In this document: positions 1 to 11,530 of the stretch, in pieces | Numbering within the stretch: the first letter of the stretch is position 1 | Layout of the letters: the number at the start of each line of letters is the position of its first letter | NCBI GenBank assembly: GCA_002256025.1 | Contig: NKIB01013956.1 | Location: forward strand, 1 to 49,530 | Direction of reading: 5' to 3' | DNA length: 49,530 nt | From: Asterionella formosa | Taxonomy: Eukaryota | Program-made: the position numbers and the translations under genes | Notes under the pieces: generated by a model | Database searches by the model: none | Told to the model about the DNA's origin: nothing | The model's input: only the letters and a program-made list of their open reading frames with translations

Positions 1-78
1 TAATAAATTACGTGAACCATATTATAGAATTACGTGAACAAAAATTTAAGGCAATGTGAACTGAATTACAGAATTAAT

Positions 79-149
79 TGAAGTATTTCAAATAATTATG
101 TGAAGTATTTCAAATAATTATGTGAAGTATTTCAAATAATTATGTGAAG
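79..149. repeat. 22-bp tandem repeat (TGAAGTATTTCAAATAATTATG) x3 plus partial
   Basis: Identical units at 79-100, 101-122 and 123-144, then TGAAG; no spacers. Confidence 0.95.
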
Positions 150-799
150 GTGATCACGTAATATAGTGATGATCAGGAATGCATGCATGATACTCTGATC
201 AAATAATTAACGTGATGTATTCAGATAATATATAGATATATTCAAGTAAGCATTTTGATGTATTCAACTAATTCATGTGATCCATTCAAAATCAACTAGG
301 CTTATTTACGTGATGGTCACTTCACGTAATACGCGGCTTAGATGGTTCTTGACAATATATGTTGACCAACTAGCCATCGCGACAGTATAAAAGTGAAATT
401 ATGCTGCTCCGCTACAATATTATGCTGCTTTCACCATATAATTAACGAATGACGAGTCGCCAATTCCGATTCACTTATTATTTTTTCTGCTCCGACATAT
501 TTCTCTGATCTAAACTGGCAAATAACAACACATGCAAGAGGAAGATTTACACAGTACTAGAATTCAGCACACGTAGTAGTAGTTGATGTTGTAGACACAT
601 TGTTTAGTCATTGTTGATTGTAGAGTTTACAATATCCTGCCAGATTAGAAATAAAGCACCGTTGGTCCTCGTTGAGCATAGTAGTTGAGCATTGCATGTC
701 TCCGTAGTGAATCGAAATTGAGATGTGCCACAATGGCCTTCTCCGTTTCGGAGCAGCTACAAAAAGTCTACAGCGATAACTCTAGCAAGTACAACATTA

Positions 800-1760
800 T
801 GAGTATATCGACATTCGCCTTGACGGCATTGATCTTTTTTACATCGAATATTATGCTGGATATAAGTCGGCCTTAAATTGGTTGAGAAAGATGGTTTTGA
901 ATTTTCGTTTCTATAGCATTGATCATATCAGTCCACCATCACCGAAAAATTACAAAATTTACACATCCTGATACCTCCTTTTATGTTCGTTCTCAGAAAA
1001 TCAACATTCTCCATGACAGCATTGATCTCATGTACATCGAATACTATGCTGGCTATAAATCGGCCTTAAATTGGTGGAGAAAGATGGATTGAAACTTTTG
1101 TTGCCACAGCACTGATGATCAGTCCACAAGCATCCCAAAAATTACACATCCGGATGCCTCCTTTGATCAATATATGTTCGTTCTGATCTTATCAACATTC
1201 GATATGACTGCATTGATTTCGTGTACATCAAATACTATGCTAGATAGAAATCTGCCTTAAATTGGTTGAGAAGGGTTGTTTGGAATTTTTATTGCTTTTG
1301 CACTAATGATCAAGCCACAAGTACCGAAAATTTACACACCTTCCTGATGACCAATTTGATCAATGTATGTTCGTTCTGAGCGAGCATATCGACATTCGAA
1401 ATATCGGCATTGATCTCGTCTAAATCGAATAATAATGCTAGAAAGAAATTGACAATGAATTGGTAGAGAAAGAGGGACTGGAATTTTGGTTGTTAAAGCA
1501 CTGGTCATCAGTCCACAGCAGACACCTAAAATTTACACATCCTGATGCCTCCTTTGGACAATATACGTTCGTTCTGAGCATATCGACATTCGACAAGAAG
1601 CCTTTGATTTCGGGTACATCGAATAATATATTAGATAGAAATCGGCATCAAATTTGTTGAGAAAGAAAATGAATTGGAATTTAGGTTGCTACAGCACTGG
1701 TCATCAGTCCACAGCAAGCACCGAAAGTTTTACGCATCCTGATGATGAATTTGATCAAAA
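800..1760. repeat. Degenerate tandem array, about 5 copies of a ~194-bp unit
   Basis: Anchor ATCRACATTC..GCATTGAT recurs at about 806, 1000, 1190, 1387 and 1581. AATTGGTTGAGAAAG, ATCAGTCCAC, TTACACATCCTGATG and TATGTTCGTTCTGA recur in the same order. Confidence 0.85.
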
Positions 1761-2857
1761 TTGACTAAGCATAGACAGAGCCAGCTTTTTCTGAAGTACA
1801 ATATACACAAATTTAGTACAAAATGAACGTTGGCGAGGAGGACTGTCCGCGCCAGTTTTCTTAATGAAAAACAACTGCTGGAATGAAAGGAACAAATATC
1901 AGATTCATGGTAAAATGAAATTATTGTTATTGTTGTCTTTTTTGTCGTCTTTTCTGCTATCATGATTGTGTTCTCATTGTCTTTATCGCTGTCCCTGTTG
2001 TTTCTGCTGTCATTTTTCTTGTTCTTTTTCTATTCTTCTTTCGTTGTGGTTACTGTGGCTGTATACCCTTGCTTCTCTTCCTTGGTTTTCCTCGCCCTGC
2101 GTTTGAACTTGAACATGCATTGTTTGATATGGAATGTAAAAAGGTCTTGTTTGTTAAAAACCAGCCATCATCTGACTCCTCTGTGAATCTTGTTCTTTGC
2201 TTCCAGATAACAAGGAGTCTGTTGTGGGCTGGTTCCTCTGGAAGAAACAGGCAGGCATTTTTGTTTCTCCTTGCTTGTCATCACAGAAAGGATGCATCTG
2301 AAAGTTCGAGAAGTAAATGGTAAGCAGTTAATATTTTGGGAAATGGAAACAGGTCTTTTGTAACATTGTTGTTGCTCTGCACCATTGCTCGTTTTCTTCG
2401 TTTTGTGTTCGGAACTATGTTTGATTGCTTTTGTAGTTCCTTTACCTCCATTTCGTTCTTGCTCTTACTTGTGCCGTTTGGAATTGGAAAAGTGGTCAGT
2501 CATGAACTTACTCTGCAAACCTTGTTTTTTTTTCTACAGACATTCAATCTGTTTTTTGCAGGGCAGGGTTGAACCTTGGGAATAATGAAATGCGTTGTGC
2601 TTTGCCTTTGTCAGGCAGGCTGTCAATCATTCTTTATTCGCATTGTTGAAAAGATTCCTCTGGTGCATAGGGGACAAATATATACATGGTAGGCAAGTGC
2701 AATGTTTTCTTGCCTTCTGCTGATATTGTTTTCCGTTGCTTGTTGTGGGCGGATCTCCTCTCTTATTCTCCTTCGTCTTTGTTCGGAATTGTTAGCGCAG
2801 GCATTGCTTATTTGTAATGAATTAGAAGAAAGGCTTGATTGTGTGGTTGTTAATTGT

Positions 2858-3180
2858 TGATCACGAACTTACTCTGCAAATGATTTTCTATGTCTAGTAC
2901 AAACAATCAATCTGTTGAGCAAGGGATTTGTTGGGAATCAGGCGGCATGGTAAGCACAACGAGAACAACGCCTTTGTAACAATTGTTTGTCCATGAACTC
3001 ACTCTGCGACCGTTGTTCAATGATTGCAGACAATCAATTTGATTAGGGCTGGGTTGGACATTGGGGAACATGGTAAGGAGCACAACAGAACCGAAATCAT
3101 AGCTTCGCAACTTTTGTTTTCTAATCAACTCACACTGCAAATGTTGCCCTCTTTCTACAACAGACAATCAATATGAGCAA
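2858..3180. repeat. Degenerate ~130-bp tandem repeat (about 2.5-3 copies)
   Basis: AACTYACWCTGC at ~2866, ~2996 and ~3126 (a further copy ~2505); ACAATCAAT at ~2903, ~3030 and ~3164; CATGGTAAG at ~2946 and ~3069. Confidence 0.6.
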
Positions 3181-4415
3181 TGAGAATGAGCAGCCGGTTC
3201 ATTTGGTAGCAGCAGGGACTCCTGCAAGTATGAGTAGCCAGGCAATCTTGCGAATCGATACAGCATCCAGCTGCAAGAATGAACATCCATTGCTTGTCGT
3301 ATTGGTTTGAGAATCACGTTCTTCTATAGAAAGTATCAATATAAACTATATAGCAAAGCGACTAATTTGATTGATTTTGCGATTGTAGCTAGAATTTAAT
3401 TTAAACGTTGATTGGTTACACATAATTATTTGTTTGACTAGCATATAGATTTGTTTAACCTTGAGTTATTAATGTGATCAAAGTAAAGATAAAATGGGAG
3501 CGAACTAACACAATTAATGGTAGTCAGAGTGAAGAATATTTGTGAACGGAAATGTTGCGAATTGTCGAGAAAAGTACCGTATTATAGAGATTATTACTGA
3601 ACAATTTTTTTCGTGTTGTCGAAACTATTTTAGTTCACTTTGTTCATATATATTGTATGATGCATCATTTTTTTATGTGATGTCATACCCTTAAATTATG
3701 TACGTAGCTAAATTCGTCATATTAGGCCACCCAAATAATTAATTTGGGTGATCATATTTGACTATTGTTTTTTTGTGGCGGCTGTACCAGTAATCGGCGT
3801 TGTAGATGATGGTCTTTGGTGTTTCTTATGGCTGCTAAGGAGAATGGGTGGTGGCTGCGTGGTGGCTATTAATTCAGCTATTGATTGGTTTTCTCGGTTT
3901 CTTGATGCAGGAATTATTCAACAACAAAACAGAATGAGCACCAGCCAGTTGTTGCTTAGATTTTCGGATGAATAGGAAACCTAGATAGTGATAGGCCTTG
4001 TTGGATCCCCATCATCAGCATCCGAATTGCGTGCACGGCAATGAAATCTCCTTGCATAGTCATCTTGAGTTTTTTAATCTGGTTAAGAAGCTAAAAAATC
4101 TAAAATTATCACTTTCAACACAAGAGTAGCTAATTCCATGGCGCTTCGCATAGGCCTCTGATATAGTAGAACAGTAGAATTTTCTCAATTCTTCTCTGAA
4201 ATGGTCACCATTTGCATCTGCCATGCTGAAATGTTGTTGCTTCTTCGTTCTGTCATGATGACGATTAAAATTTTTCCCCTTTTCTATTTAAGATATAACA
4301 AAATTTCATCATGGTTTTGTCAATTTACATAGGATTTTACTATTGCCTATTTTTTCAATCATGACATATGCAGCTCGATTGCTCAGAGCAGCCGATTTAC
4401 AAACTTCCTAAATCT

Positions 4416-4500
4416 AACGACTTGCTAGTAAGCATTTCCTGTTTTTATTTTTGATATTGGATTAGTAAGGCACACAGAAATTGCTTACCAGCAAATCGTT
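4416..4500. repeat. 26-bp imperfect inverted repeat (hairpin or mini-MITE)
   Basis: AACGACTTGCTAGTAAGCATTTCCTG (4416-4441) vs reverse complement of 4475-4500, AACGATTTGCTGGTAAGCAATTTCTG; 22/26 identical. Confidence 0.75.
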
Positions 4501-5024
4501 GGTTTGAGCAAGATCTCAGTCCGCCAGTACACCAAAAACAATACCCCTAATTTCTTGAAGCAGCCAAGTCGGGAGGAGAGATAGAGGATTAGTATACAAA
4601 TTTTTATTCTGAAGAACAAAACATGTTATTAGTTGCCATGTCCGAATTCTATTTGTTCATGTCAACTGTTCCCCCCCCCCATGTGTATGACGTAACAGAT
4701 TGGCCTGCTGCGGAATAGGCTATCTAGCACGTATGTACGAATATGTAATATGCACATAGCTTTGATACACACCTATGGCTGATACCGGTAGATGTCCAAG
4801 ACCATATAGCTACCGGTACGACATACGGTTTCAGCCACTGGCCATCAATCCCTCACTATGATGCTTCCTCGTCAAGGTGATGAGTTCGTGCTGTCTGTCC
4901 TCGTACGTCCCCAATACCTCGACAGGTGTCTCATGCTGTGCCTCCACCAAGCAAAGACCAATCCTAAAGTACCGGTATACTGGTCTTACGTCTGTAATAC
5001 TCCGTGTTGTGGATAATCCCAGGA

Positions 5025-5216
5025 TGATAGTACCAGGTACCAGGAACTGGTACTGGTACTGGTACTGGTACTGGTACTGGTATGCTTTTGCTGAAGTACA
5101 TGGCACCTGGTACCTGGTACCAGGGGCCGGGAACCAGGTACCGGTACCCCCGGTACTGGTACCAGGTATGCCGTACGTTTTATTGTATCGGTAACAGGTA
5201 CCTGGTACCAGTACCT
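5025..5216. promoter_or_regulatory. Dense GGTACC(A/T) array including an (ACTGGT)6 microsatellite, upstream of the NUMOD3 gene
   Basis: (ACTGGT)6 at 5046-5081; CCTGGTACCAGG palindrome at 5113-5124; many GGTACC units. The repeat is directly seen; a regulatory role is inferred from position. Confidence 0.5.
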
Positions 5217-5507
5217 AATCTGTGCAATCGACTAGCCACATCTTTTGAACTGACGAGCGAACCGTGTATCAGAAGTATATCTGGTGTACCACCCTGGTAT
5301 CGTGAACGCCTCGGTTGTATCAATGGAAGCTGTGGAATTCGAACAATCGTAATCAAACAATCGCCACCGCCAACGAAGCAGAACCAACCTGCCGAACCCA
5401 AAACAACTCGCACTGACTTGATAGGAATACATTCCTTCCTGAACAGACTGTCCATCCATACAGTAGAATACGGTACAGCTGTGCTGTTCAGCTACTGGTA
5501 GTCTACA

Positions 5508-7070
5508 ATGAGCCAACCATCTCCATCTCGACAGCGTTTGACGAAGCGGCGAACCACTTTCCGTTTCTTGCATCAAGCCTTTTTATCAATAGTTACTGCC
5601 TTGTCGATTCTGAGCTCGCTGATACCGAAGCATGGGGGTACAGTGCAAGTACTGGCTTTTCAGGGGACCACAGTACCCTCCAGGCAATCTGCTTTCCGTG
5701 CCACAAGGCAGACTTTATCCCTACCGAGACATCAGTATCATTTCACACTGCTGTTTGACAGCGAAACAGCTCAAGTAGATGTTTCTGTGGCCGGTATCCA
5801 CTTTGCGAGCACCTCGCATGCAAGGGATATTGGGACGCACGATGACACATTGCACTCACTGGCCAACATGGACGTTCCCATGCCAACCGCCAACGGAGGT
5901 TTTACGCATACCAATTCCTCCAAGGCGAAAATATCCGCGGCAAACAAGGGCAAGACACCATGGAACAAGGGCAAGGAGAGATCTCCACAAGTCAAGGCCT
6001 TAATTGCTGCTGGTGTACGGGCAAACAATCGACTGCGCTTTCTGCAAAAGTTGGAGCAAATGGGCATGACGGAAGAAGAGTATGAATCGCAAAAGGAGGA
6101 AGAGCGGAGAGTAAAGGAGGCAAAGTCGAAGGAGAGAATGACTGACAAAGGAGGGTATCGGCCAACTGAGGAAACAAAAAAGAAGCTCAGTGACATTCTC
6201 AAGGCGAAATGGGCCAACGGGGAGATGAAGGTTCGGGTGATGGATCCGTCCAAGGCAAGGCGAGGATTCACACACTCGGAAGAAACGAAAGCCAAGATAA
6301 GCGATGCGCTCAAAAGAAAATGGTCAGAAGATGAGAGCTATCGCGAACACCACGTAAATGAGGCATCGAGAAGTAACACAATGCACGACACAAGAAAGAA
6401 AATAAGCGAAACTCTCAAGAGTAAATGGAAAGATCCAGAATTTCGAGAAAATATGATGGAAAAAATGAAAAATAGGAAGAAACCAGGCGGCGAGCTTCGC
6501 GACGCCTCTTATCGAAATAAGATTAGTGAAGCCATGAAGGCGAGATGGCAAGATCCAGAATACCGAAATAAAGCGGTTCAGGGTATTCGCAAGCGCAGCC
6601 TGGAAATGTCAAGCAATAGAAATGCGACAAATACAATGAATTCAAAGCGGTCTCCGTCATCACCAAAACAACGCAAAGCATCAGCAAAGGAAAAGATCTT
6701 TTTGGTGGAAGCTGTTCAAGCCAAACAGGCTTCTACGAACGTGATCAAACCAACCCGCACGACAACGAGGGCTTCGGAACCTCGCGGTGAATATGTCGCA
6801 AAGGCGCCAAAAGTCACAATAGTCAAAGCCAAGAAGGAGGCAAAAGATAAACCCAAGGAAGCGGTGGTGAAAAGTGCAAAGAAGGAACCGGATGGGAGCA
6901 TCAATCGGTTGCGAGAAGAACGGAGAGATCTTTTTGACTTACTTTACGGAGATGAACCCGAGGAGGAAGACGTTGACTCTGCAATTTCCATTGGCGCGCA
7001 AAGTGGTAAGTTTGGCCTTGAAGATAGAGACCTCAATGCCTTTGACCCATACGGTTTGGAGGACCATTAG
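5508..7070 (+). CDS. NUMOD3/IENR2-repeat nucleic-acid-binding protein, probably plastid-targeted (520 aa)
   Basis: About six HSEETKxKISxxxK-type repeats (GFTHTNSSKAKISAANKGKTPWNKG, GFTHSEETKAKISDALKRKW, etc.). Hydrophobic N-terminus, then VLA|FQG and an S/T/R-rich stretch resembling a diatom bipartite presequence. No GIY-YIG or HNH catalytic motif seen. Confidence 0.85.
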   Translation: MSQPSPSRQRLTKRRTTFRFLHQAFLSIVTALSILSSLIPKHGGTVQVLAFQGTTVPSRQSAFRATRQTLSLPRHQYHFTLLFDSETAQVDVSVAGIHFASTSHARDIGTHDDTLHSLANMDVPMPTANGGFTHTNSSKAKISAANKGKTPWNKGKERSPQVKALIAAGVRANNRLRFLQKLEQMGMTEEEYESQKEEERRVKEAKSKERMTDKGGYRPTEETKKKLSDILKAKWANGEMKVRVMDPSKARRGFTHSEETKAKISDALKRKWSEDESYREHHVNEASRSNTMHDTRKKISETLKSKWKDPEFRENMMEKMKNRKKPGGELRDASYRNKISEAMKARWQDPEYRNKAVQGIRKRSLEMSSNRNATNTMNSKRSPSSPKQRKASAKEKIFLVEAVQAKQASTNVIKPTRTTTRASEPRGEYVAKAPKVTIVKAKKEAKDKPKEAVVKSAKKEPDGSINRLREERRDLFDLLYGDEPEEEDVDSAISIGAQSGKFGLEDRDLNAFDPYGLEDH

Positions 7071-7179
7071 CCACACTAGCACCTTCGTCTCCACAACAAC
7101 GCCTGCTGCAAATCAAAATTTAGAAAAGCTATAAAACAAGACAACCCATTTCCTGCATATATTATTTTTGACTGTAGAA

Positions 7180-8334
7180 TTATTTGATGAGCGAGCTACT
7201 TGTGCTATAAAAGAACTTGGCACGGAAGAAATGAAAGCCCTTCATTCGAAGGCGAGCGTACTCGCGATAGTTAAAGCCAATGCTGTCCCGATGCGAGAGG
7301 ACTACACCCCATACCGCCCATCCAACATGGGATACCAATGTATGCTTACCAATTTCTATCCTTAGCCGCCGAAGAGTCATTTCCTCATCTGCGTCACCGA
7401 ACCATTCTGGTTGTGTGAGGGACAAGTAGACTCGAAGAAAGGCATTCTGCTGCTCTACTGTCGGATATTCTCCTTCATAGTCAGCCTTGAGATTGTTCAT
7501 GTCACAGTACTCCAACCAAGTATTTGCGATATCCACTGCTCTAGGATGCATCCCAGAGTATTCATAGTCAATGATACGGAGCGCATCCACTGTTTCGTTC
7601 CTGAGTATATTGAGGGATTGCAAGTCCATGTGACAAAAGACAGTTTGTCGACAAAAGGAAACGATTGGGTCCTGCAAGGAAGGGTCTGAGAGCTCATCCC
7701 GGACCCATTTCCATTGTTCCAACATGTTGCATAACTCAGGATCTCTCTTTCCTTCTAATTCGAAAGCTTTCTCAAACCAAGAATCTACACGGGTCCAGAC
7801 CGATTCCGACGTGCGAGACAGCACTCCTGATGGAACCACTTTATTGTGCAGGTTTGCCATGTGACTGGCAAGTTGAAGCGTATAATTTCCCATATCATGG
7901 TTCGACAGAGGAAAATATCCGTGAAGAAATTCTTCTATTCGTCCATTCGAAAACTTTCCATAGAGCCCAGGAGCGTCACCTTGCTGGCTGAGCCACGCAA
8001 GAATTCTGAATTCTTCGTCGTGATTGACAATGCACTCGTCCTCTGGGTGAATTCGGACGAGGACTGCCTGTGAGCCTTTCGAAACCACAAAAAGCTCATT
8101 CGATAGCCCTCCTAAAAGAGGTTTGCTCTGATATTCCCCATCGCTTTGATCGAGCAAGGGACATAGGGCTTGAACGACGTGAACTAGCTGGTCGTCTCTG
8201 TCAGAAGCAGAAACGTTGACACGGATTTGACAACTCGGAATCATTCCTTCTTCATTATCTTTCCCTATATGATCCTGAGACCCGCCTCTCATTGTCCTGA
8301 CAGGAGCGGGGTCCATCATTGCAGGTGGAGTCAT
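7180..8334 (-). CDS. Choline/ethanolamine kinase (384 aa)
   Basis: GGLSNELF nucleotide-binding loop, LYGKFSNGRIEEFL, Brenner motif FCHMDLQSLNIL, and choline-kinase motif IIDYEYS..PRAVDIAN. Confidence 0.92.
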   Translation of the reverse strand: MTPPAMMDPAPVRTMRGGSQDHIGKDNEEGMIPSCQIRVNVSASDRDDQLVHVVQALCPLLDQSDGEYQSKPLLGGLSNELFVVSKGSQAVLVRIHPEDECIVNHDEEFRILAWLSQQGDAPGLYGKFSNGRIEEFLHGYFPLSNHDMGNYTLQLASHMANLHNKVVPSGVLSRTSESVWTRVDSWFEKAFELEGKRDPELCNMLEQWKWVRDELSDPSLQDPIVSFCRQTVFCHMDLQSLNILRNETVDALRIIDYEYSGMHPRAVDIANTWLEYCDMNNLKADYEGEYPTVEQQNAFLRVYLSLTQPEWFGDADEEMTLRRLRIEIGKHTLVSHVGWAVWGVVLSHRDSIGFNYREYARLRMKGFHFFRAKFFYSTSSSLIK

Positions 8335-8456
8335 GGCGATTCAATTCCGATTGGAGATATTGATAGTTTTGAGCTGAGTGAACAGACAATTTTAAGCGTA
8401 GTTGACAGACACAGTCAATTGCTGCTGTCATAATTTTTTTCCACATGCTTAGTAGA

Positions 8457-8698
8457 GGGTACTGGTACCAGGTACGGTGTCCATCCATACAATGACGTAC
8501 AATTCATGTCATAAGGTCATGTACAGTGTGTTTCTCACCGGTACCTGGTCCATATTCTTATTGCTCACTGCTGAAAAATCATGACGGTAGACTGACAACC
8601 TGGCTGTACCTGGTACCTGGTACTTTTGTGCTGGTATCGAAGGACCTGATAGTGTACCTGGTACCTGGTACCAGGTACCTGTTGCCGGTTACCGGTAT
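8457..8698. promoter_or_regulatory. GGTACC(A/T) array upstream of the choline/ethanolamine kinase
   Basis: Perfect 20-bp palindrome GGTACCTGGTACCAGGTACC at 8660-8679; further units at 8457-8475 and 8606-8623. Function inferred. Confidence 0.5.
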
Positions 8699-8899
8699 AT
8701 GGTAAGATAGGAGTACCAGCAAGTTGCGGTCATTTTGCTTAGTGACAACTAACATTGTGGCGCCAGGCAAGTCACCCAAATTCACCTGCAACAGTCGTAC
8801 ATACGACAAAGAATTATCCATACACATCGATCTGCCTATTACGTCACCATATATCTGATGAAATCCAATCAGCAAAATTTACTAGCTCCGGGTACCGTA

Positions 8900-10686
8900 G
8901 TTAAATCTGCTGAATCGACGCTATTTATTTAGTTTTCCGGGGTTTTCCATTCATCAGATTTGCAGCGAAAACTCGCAGTATCGTTATAAGAGCGCTTGTT
9001 TTGTGAAGACGTTCTACAGTCACGGCCATCTTTTTCGAGGTCACCGATACAAATTTCAAGGCAATTTCGAGGCAATTGCATTTTTATTAAAAGGGGGAGG
9101 CTTAGAAATCACCATTCGGACCATTGATAAAGGGGTAATTCCATTACGCCTATCTATGTATACCAGTAGTAAAAAGTGCAATATGTTTTAAAGCCCATTC
9201 ATACTCCCCTATTTCTAAGCAATTCTTTGATTGTGCTACTACCTGCCAACAAGACCTGTGCTTCCCTAGTTTTTTAGCATAGGTGAGTCCCCAACCCTCT
9301 TTCATGAAAGGTGATTGTCTTAGCTGTGGCATTAGTAGGGGAAACTCTAACTGCCTATGAAGGTGACACAAGCTGATTGTAAGGTGGCAACTCACTATTT
9401 CTTGCACACGGGCAAGACCGTGCGGGACAATAAGGAGTGTGGGAGTCGAACCCAATAATTGCTTCTCAAAAATATTTGTGAGAATCGAACCACACAACCA
9501 ATGTGGCTGCTTCTCCACTAAGCCATTCCCTTACGTATACCAATAGTAGTAGTATGCATAATACCAATGAAAATTTAATCACACAAACTATACTACCTGG
9601 TGGTAGCGAAAGGCATTATCCAATTATTACTGTATTCACCACGGTTTCCTACCACCTATTTCAACAGAGTTTCATACCACAAAAAAATCTTATGAAAAGT
9701 ATTTTTACCTGCTAATAATGACTTATAATTTGGCATGTTGAATTTGTTCATAGATTTTACACCTTTGTTTTGACTTGCTATCTTGAGTGAACACAAAGCA
9801 TGAGCTTGCTGCATACTCATTTTTTTATGATTTTCAAAAGTGGAAGTTCCATCAAGTACGGCTTGTCTCTTCTCATTCAAATATGGTGAAATGACTGCCT
9901 CATTTGGATTAACAATGTATATTTCTTGAGGGATAACTTGAACCATCTAATTTCTCCCTTTTCCAGAACTTATAATGCAATGATAAGTAACTGCTTGTAT
10001 TCCTTTTCCAAGTTCATTTGAAGATGGAGCAAACTCAATGACAGGAATTCCATGTGGGTTGCTTACATCTCTGTCGTCCATTTTCAGTGTAACTATATTG
10101 ATCAAATAGTTGCTTTTCGCTTTGACTGCATATGTATGCCTTCCGTGCACGTTTCACAAGTCTGTTGATGATTTCGACGGATCCCTGATCACAGAAATGT
10201 ATGAACAAATTCAATAAACATATTTTTAAATTATAAGCCATTATTAGATAACAATACTTTTCATTAGATTTTATGTCGTATGAAGATCTGAAGGAGCACC
10301 ATGTGTTTAGGAAGCTGTAGTGAACATAGTAATGATTAGATAATGCCTCACAATAGTATGGTTCATCCCTTCATTTTTGGCAAATTTTATTTTCCTAGGT
10401 AATCTGCATACAACATAGGCATATTGAAATCCCCCGTCCCTATATATCAGGGGTAGAAATGGTTATTTTCTTATTTATATTTTAGATAAATAACATATAA
10501 TTATAATTTAATTTTCTCCAATTCGCCTTGAAGTTTCTTTTTTGGGCTGGAAAATAATGGCCATGACAGTAGACCATATCCACAAAACAATTGTACCTAT
10601 ATAGATACTGTATCTTATCGCTTCAAATCTGGTGAAAGAAGTAATCCGGGAAACTAAATAAGTAGCATTGATGAATCAAAATTTAA
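8900..10686. mobile_element. ~1.8-kb element with long (~190-240 bp) imperfect terminal inverted repeats and decayed internal coding sequence
   Basis: 8900-9140 aligns colinearly to the reverse complement of ~10430-10686 (TATTTAGTTT.CCGG, CAGATTTG.AGCGA, CAGTATC, TTGTTTTGTG, CTAC.GTCA.GGCCAT, TTCAAGGC). Broken minus-strand ORFs lie at 9150-10241. No TSD seen; superfamily unassigned (MULE-like architecture). Confidence 0.7.
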
Positions 10687-10999
10687 GATTTCATCAGTAT
10701 GCATGAAGTAATAAATCGATATTTAATCTCAATATAGCTATAGAGAGCGCACTCTCATAATAAAACACTGTGGCTGTATTATAACACAAAGTTTTTTGTT
10801 GTTATTTGATACATAATATCATCGTTGTGATCGAAAAGGTTTAGATTACTTATCTGACATTTAATCTATGTTTAACTTTAATTTTAAAAAGTTAGTTTTC
10901 AAAGCAATGTATCCTCATATGTGTTATGCCTCTTCCTCTTGTTAAACAATATGTAATATCATTAATGAGGGACTAAGAATTTCACCATCATTGGTCACT

Positions 11000-11530
11000 G
11001 ACCATGTCGACTTTCCTCTCATCTCCTCATGATAATGATGATTACATAATCATCATATGGCTACAGTTAGCAGTATATAATCCATTTGGAAACACGATGC
11101 CATTGTTTAGTGAAAGGTTGACTGTTGATGAGGTCAGAAGAAGAAGTGGCAAAAAAATCTGGCACCGGCCACTAAAGCATCCATTTTCAAGTCCATTCTG
11201 TACTTTGTTCAACAGCAATCATGATGATGCTCTCATCACATCATCTGGGTTAGACCATGCGTTATTAGAGCTCCTACACCAGATTTTCAAGCCATGTTTT
11301 GATTCCTTTACTTCCTATAGGGAAATTTTGATCTCATTCAACAGCAAAATCCGGTCGGCGCAGACTCCTGTGTTTCATCACTTGCCTGGTGCTTGTGTTG
11401 GCATGGACTAAAGCTCATGAATGCTATATGATTCTTCAGATCATTTTCGGCTCAACTCAGGGTTACTTGAACATTTGGATACTGTTTACAGCGCAAGCAA
11501 TGGGTAAGAAAGTTGTTGTAGAATCTCACA
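11000..11530 (+). mobile_element. Decayed PIF/Harbinger-like transposase, N-terminal fragment
   Basis: RRRS..I....L..P.SSPF..LFNSNHDDALITSSGLDH, then frameshifted CLVLVLAWTK...ILQIIFG. Resembles stramenopile DDE_Tnp_4-associated proteins as recalled, not searched. Confidence 0.5.

Noticed and set aside
79..1760. CRISPR array
   Set aside because: Units are contiguous tandem repeats without unique spacers; no cas genes; eukaryotic context.
1730..2585. Hydrophobic or K/Q-rich short ORFs
   Set aside because: Low-complexity T-rich sequence with frequent stops and no recognisable domain; probably TE debris.
4831..5501. ORFs with WYWYWY/YQYQYQ/VPGT repeats
   Set aside because: Translation artefacts of the (ACTGGT)n and GGTACCW repeats.
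5771..6313. 180-aa antisense ORF and similar ORFs inside the real genes
   Set aside because: Shadow ORFs with no independent motifs.
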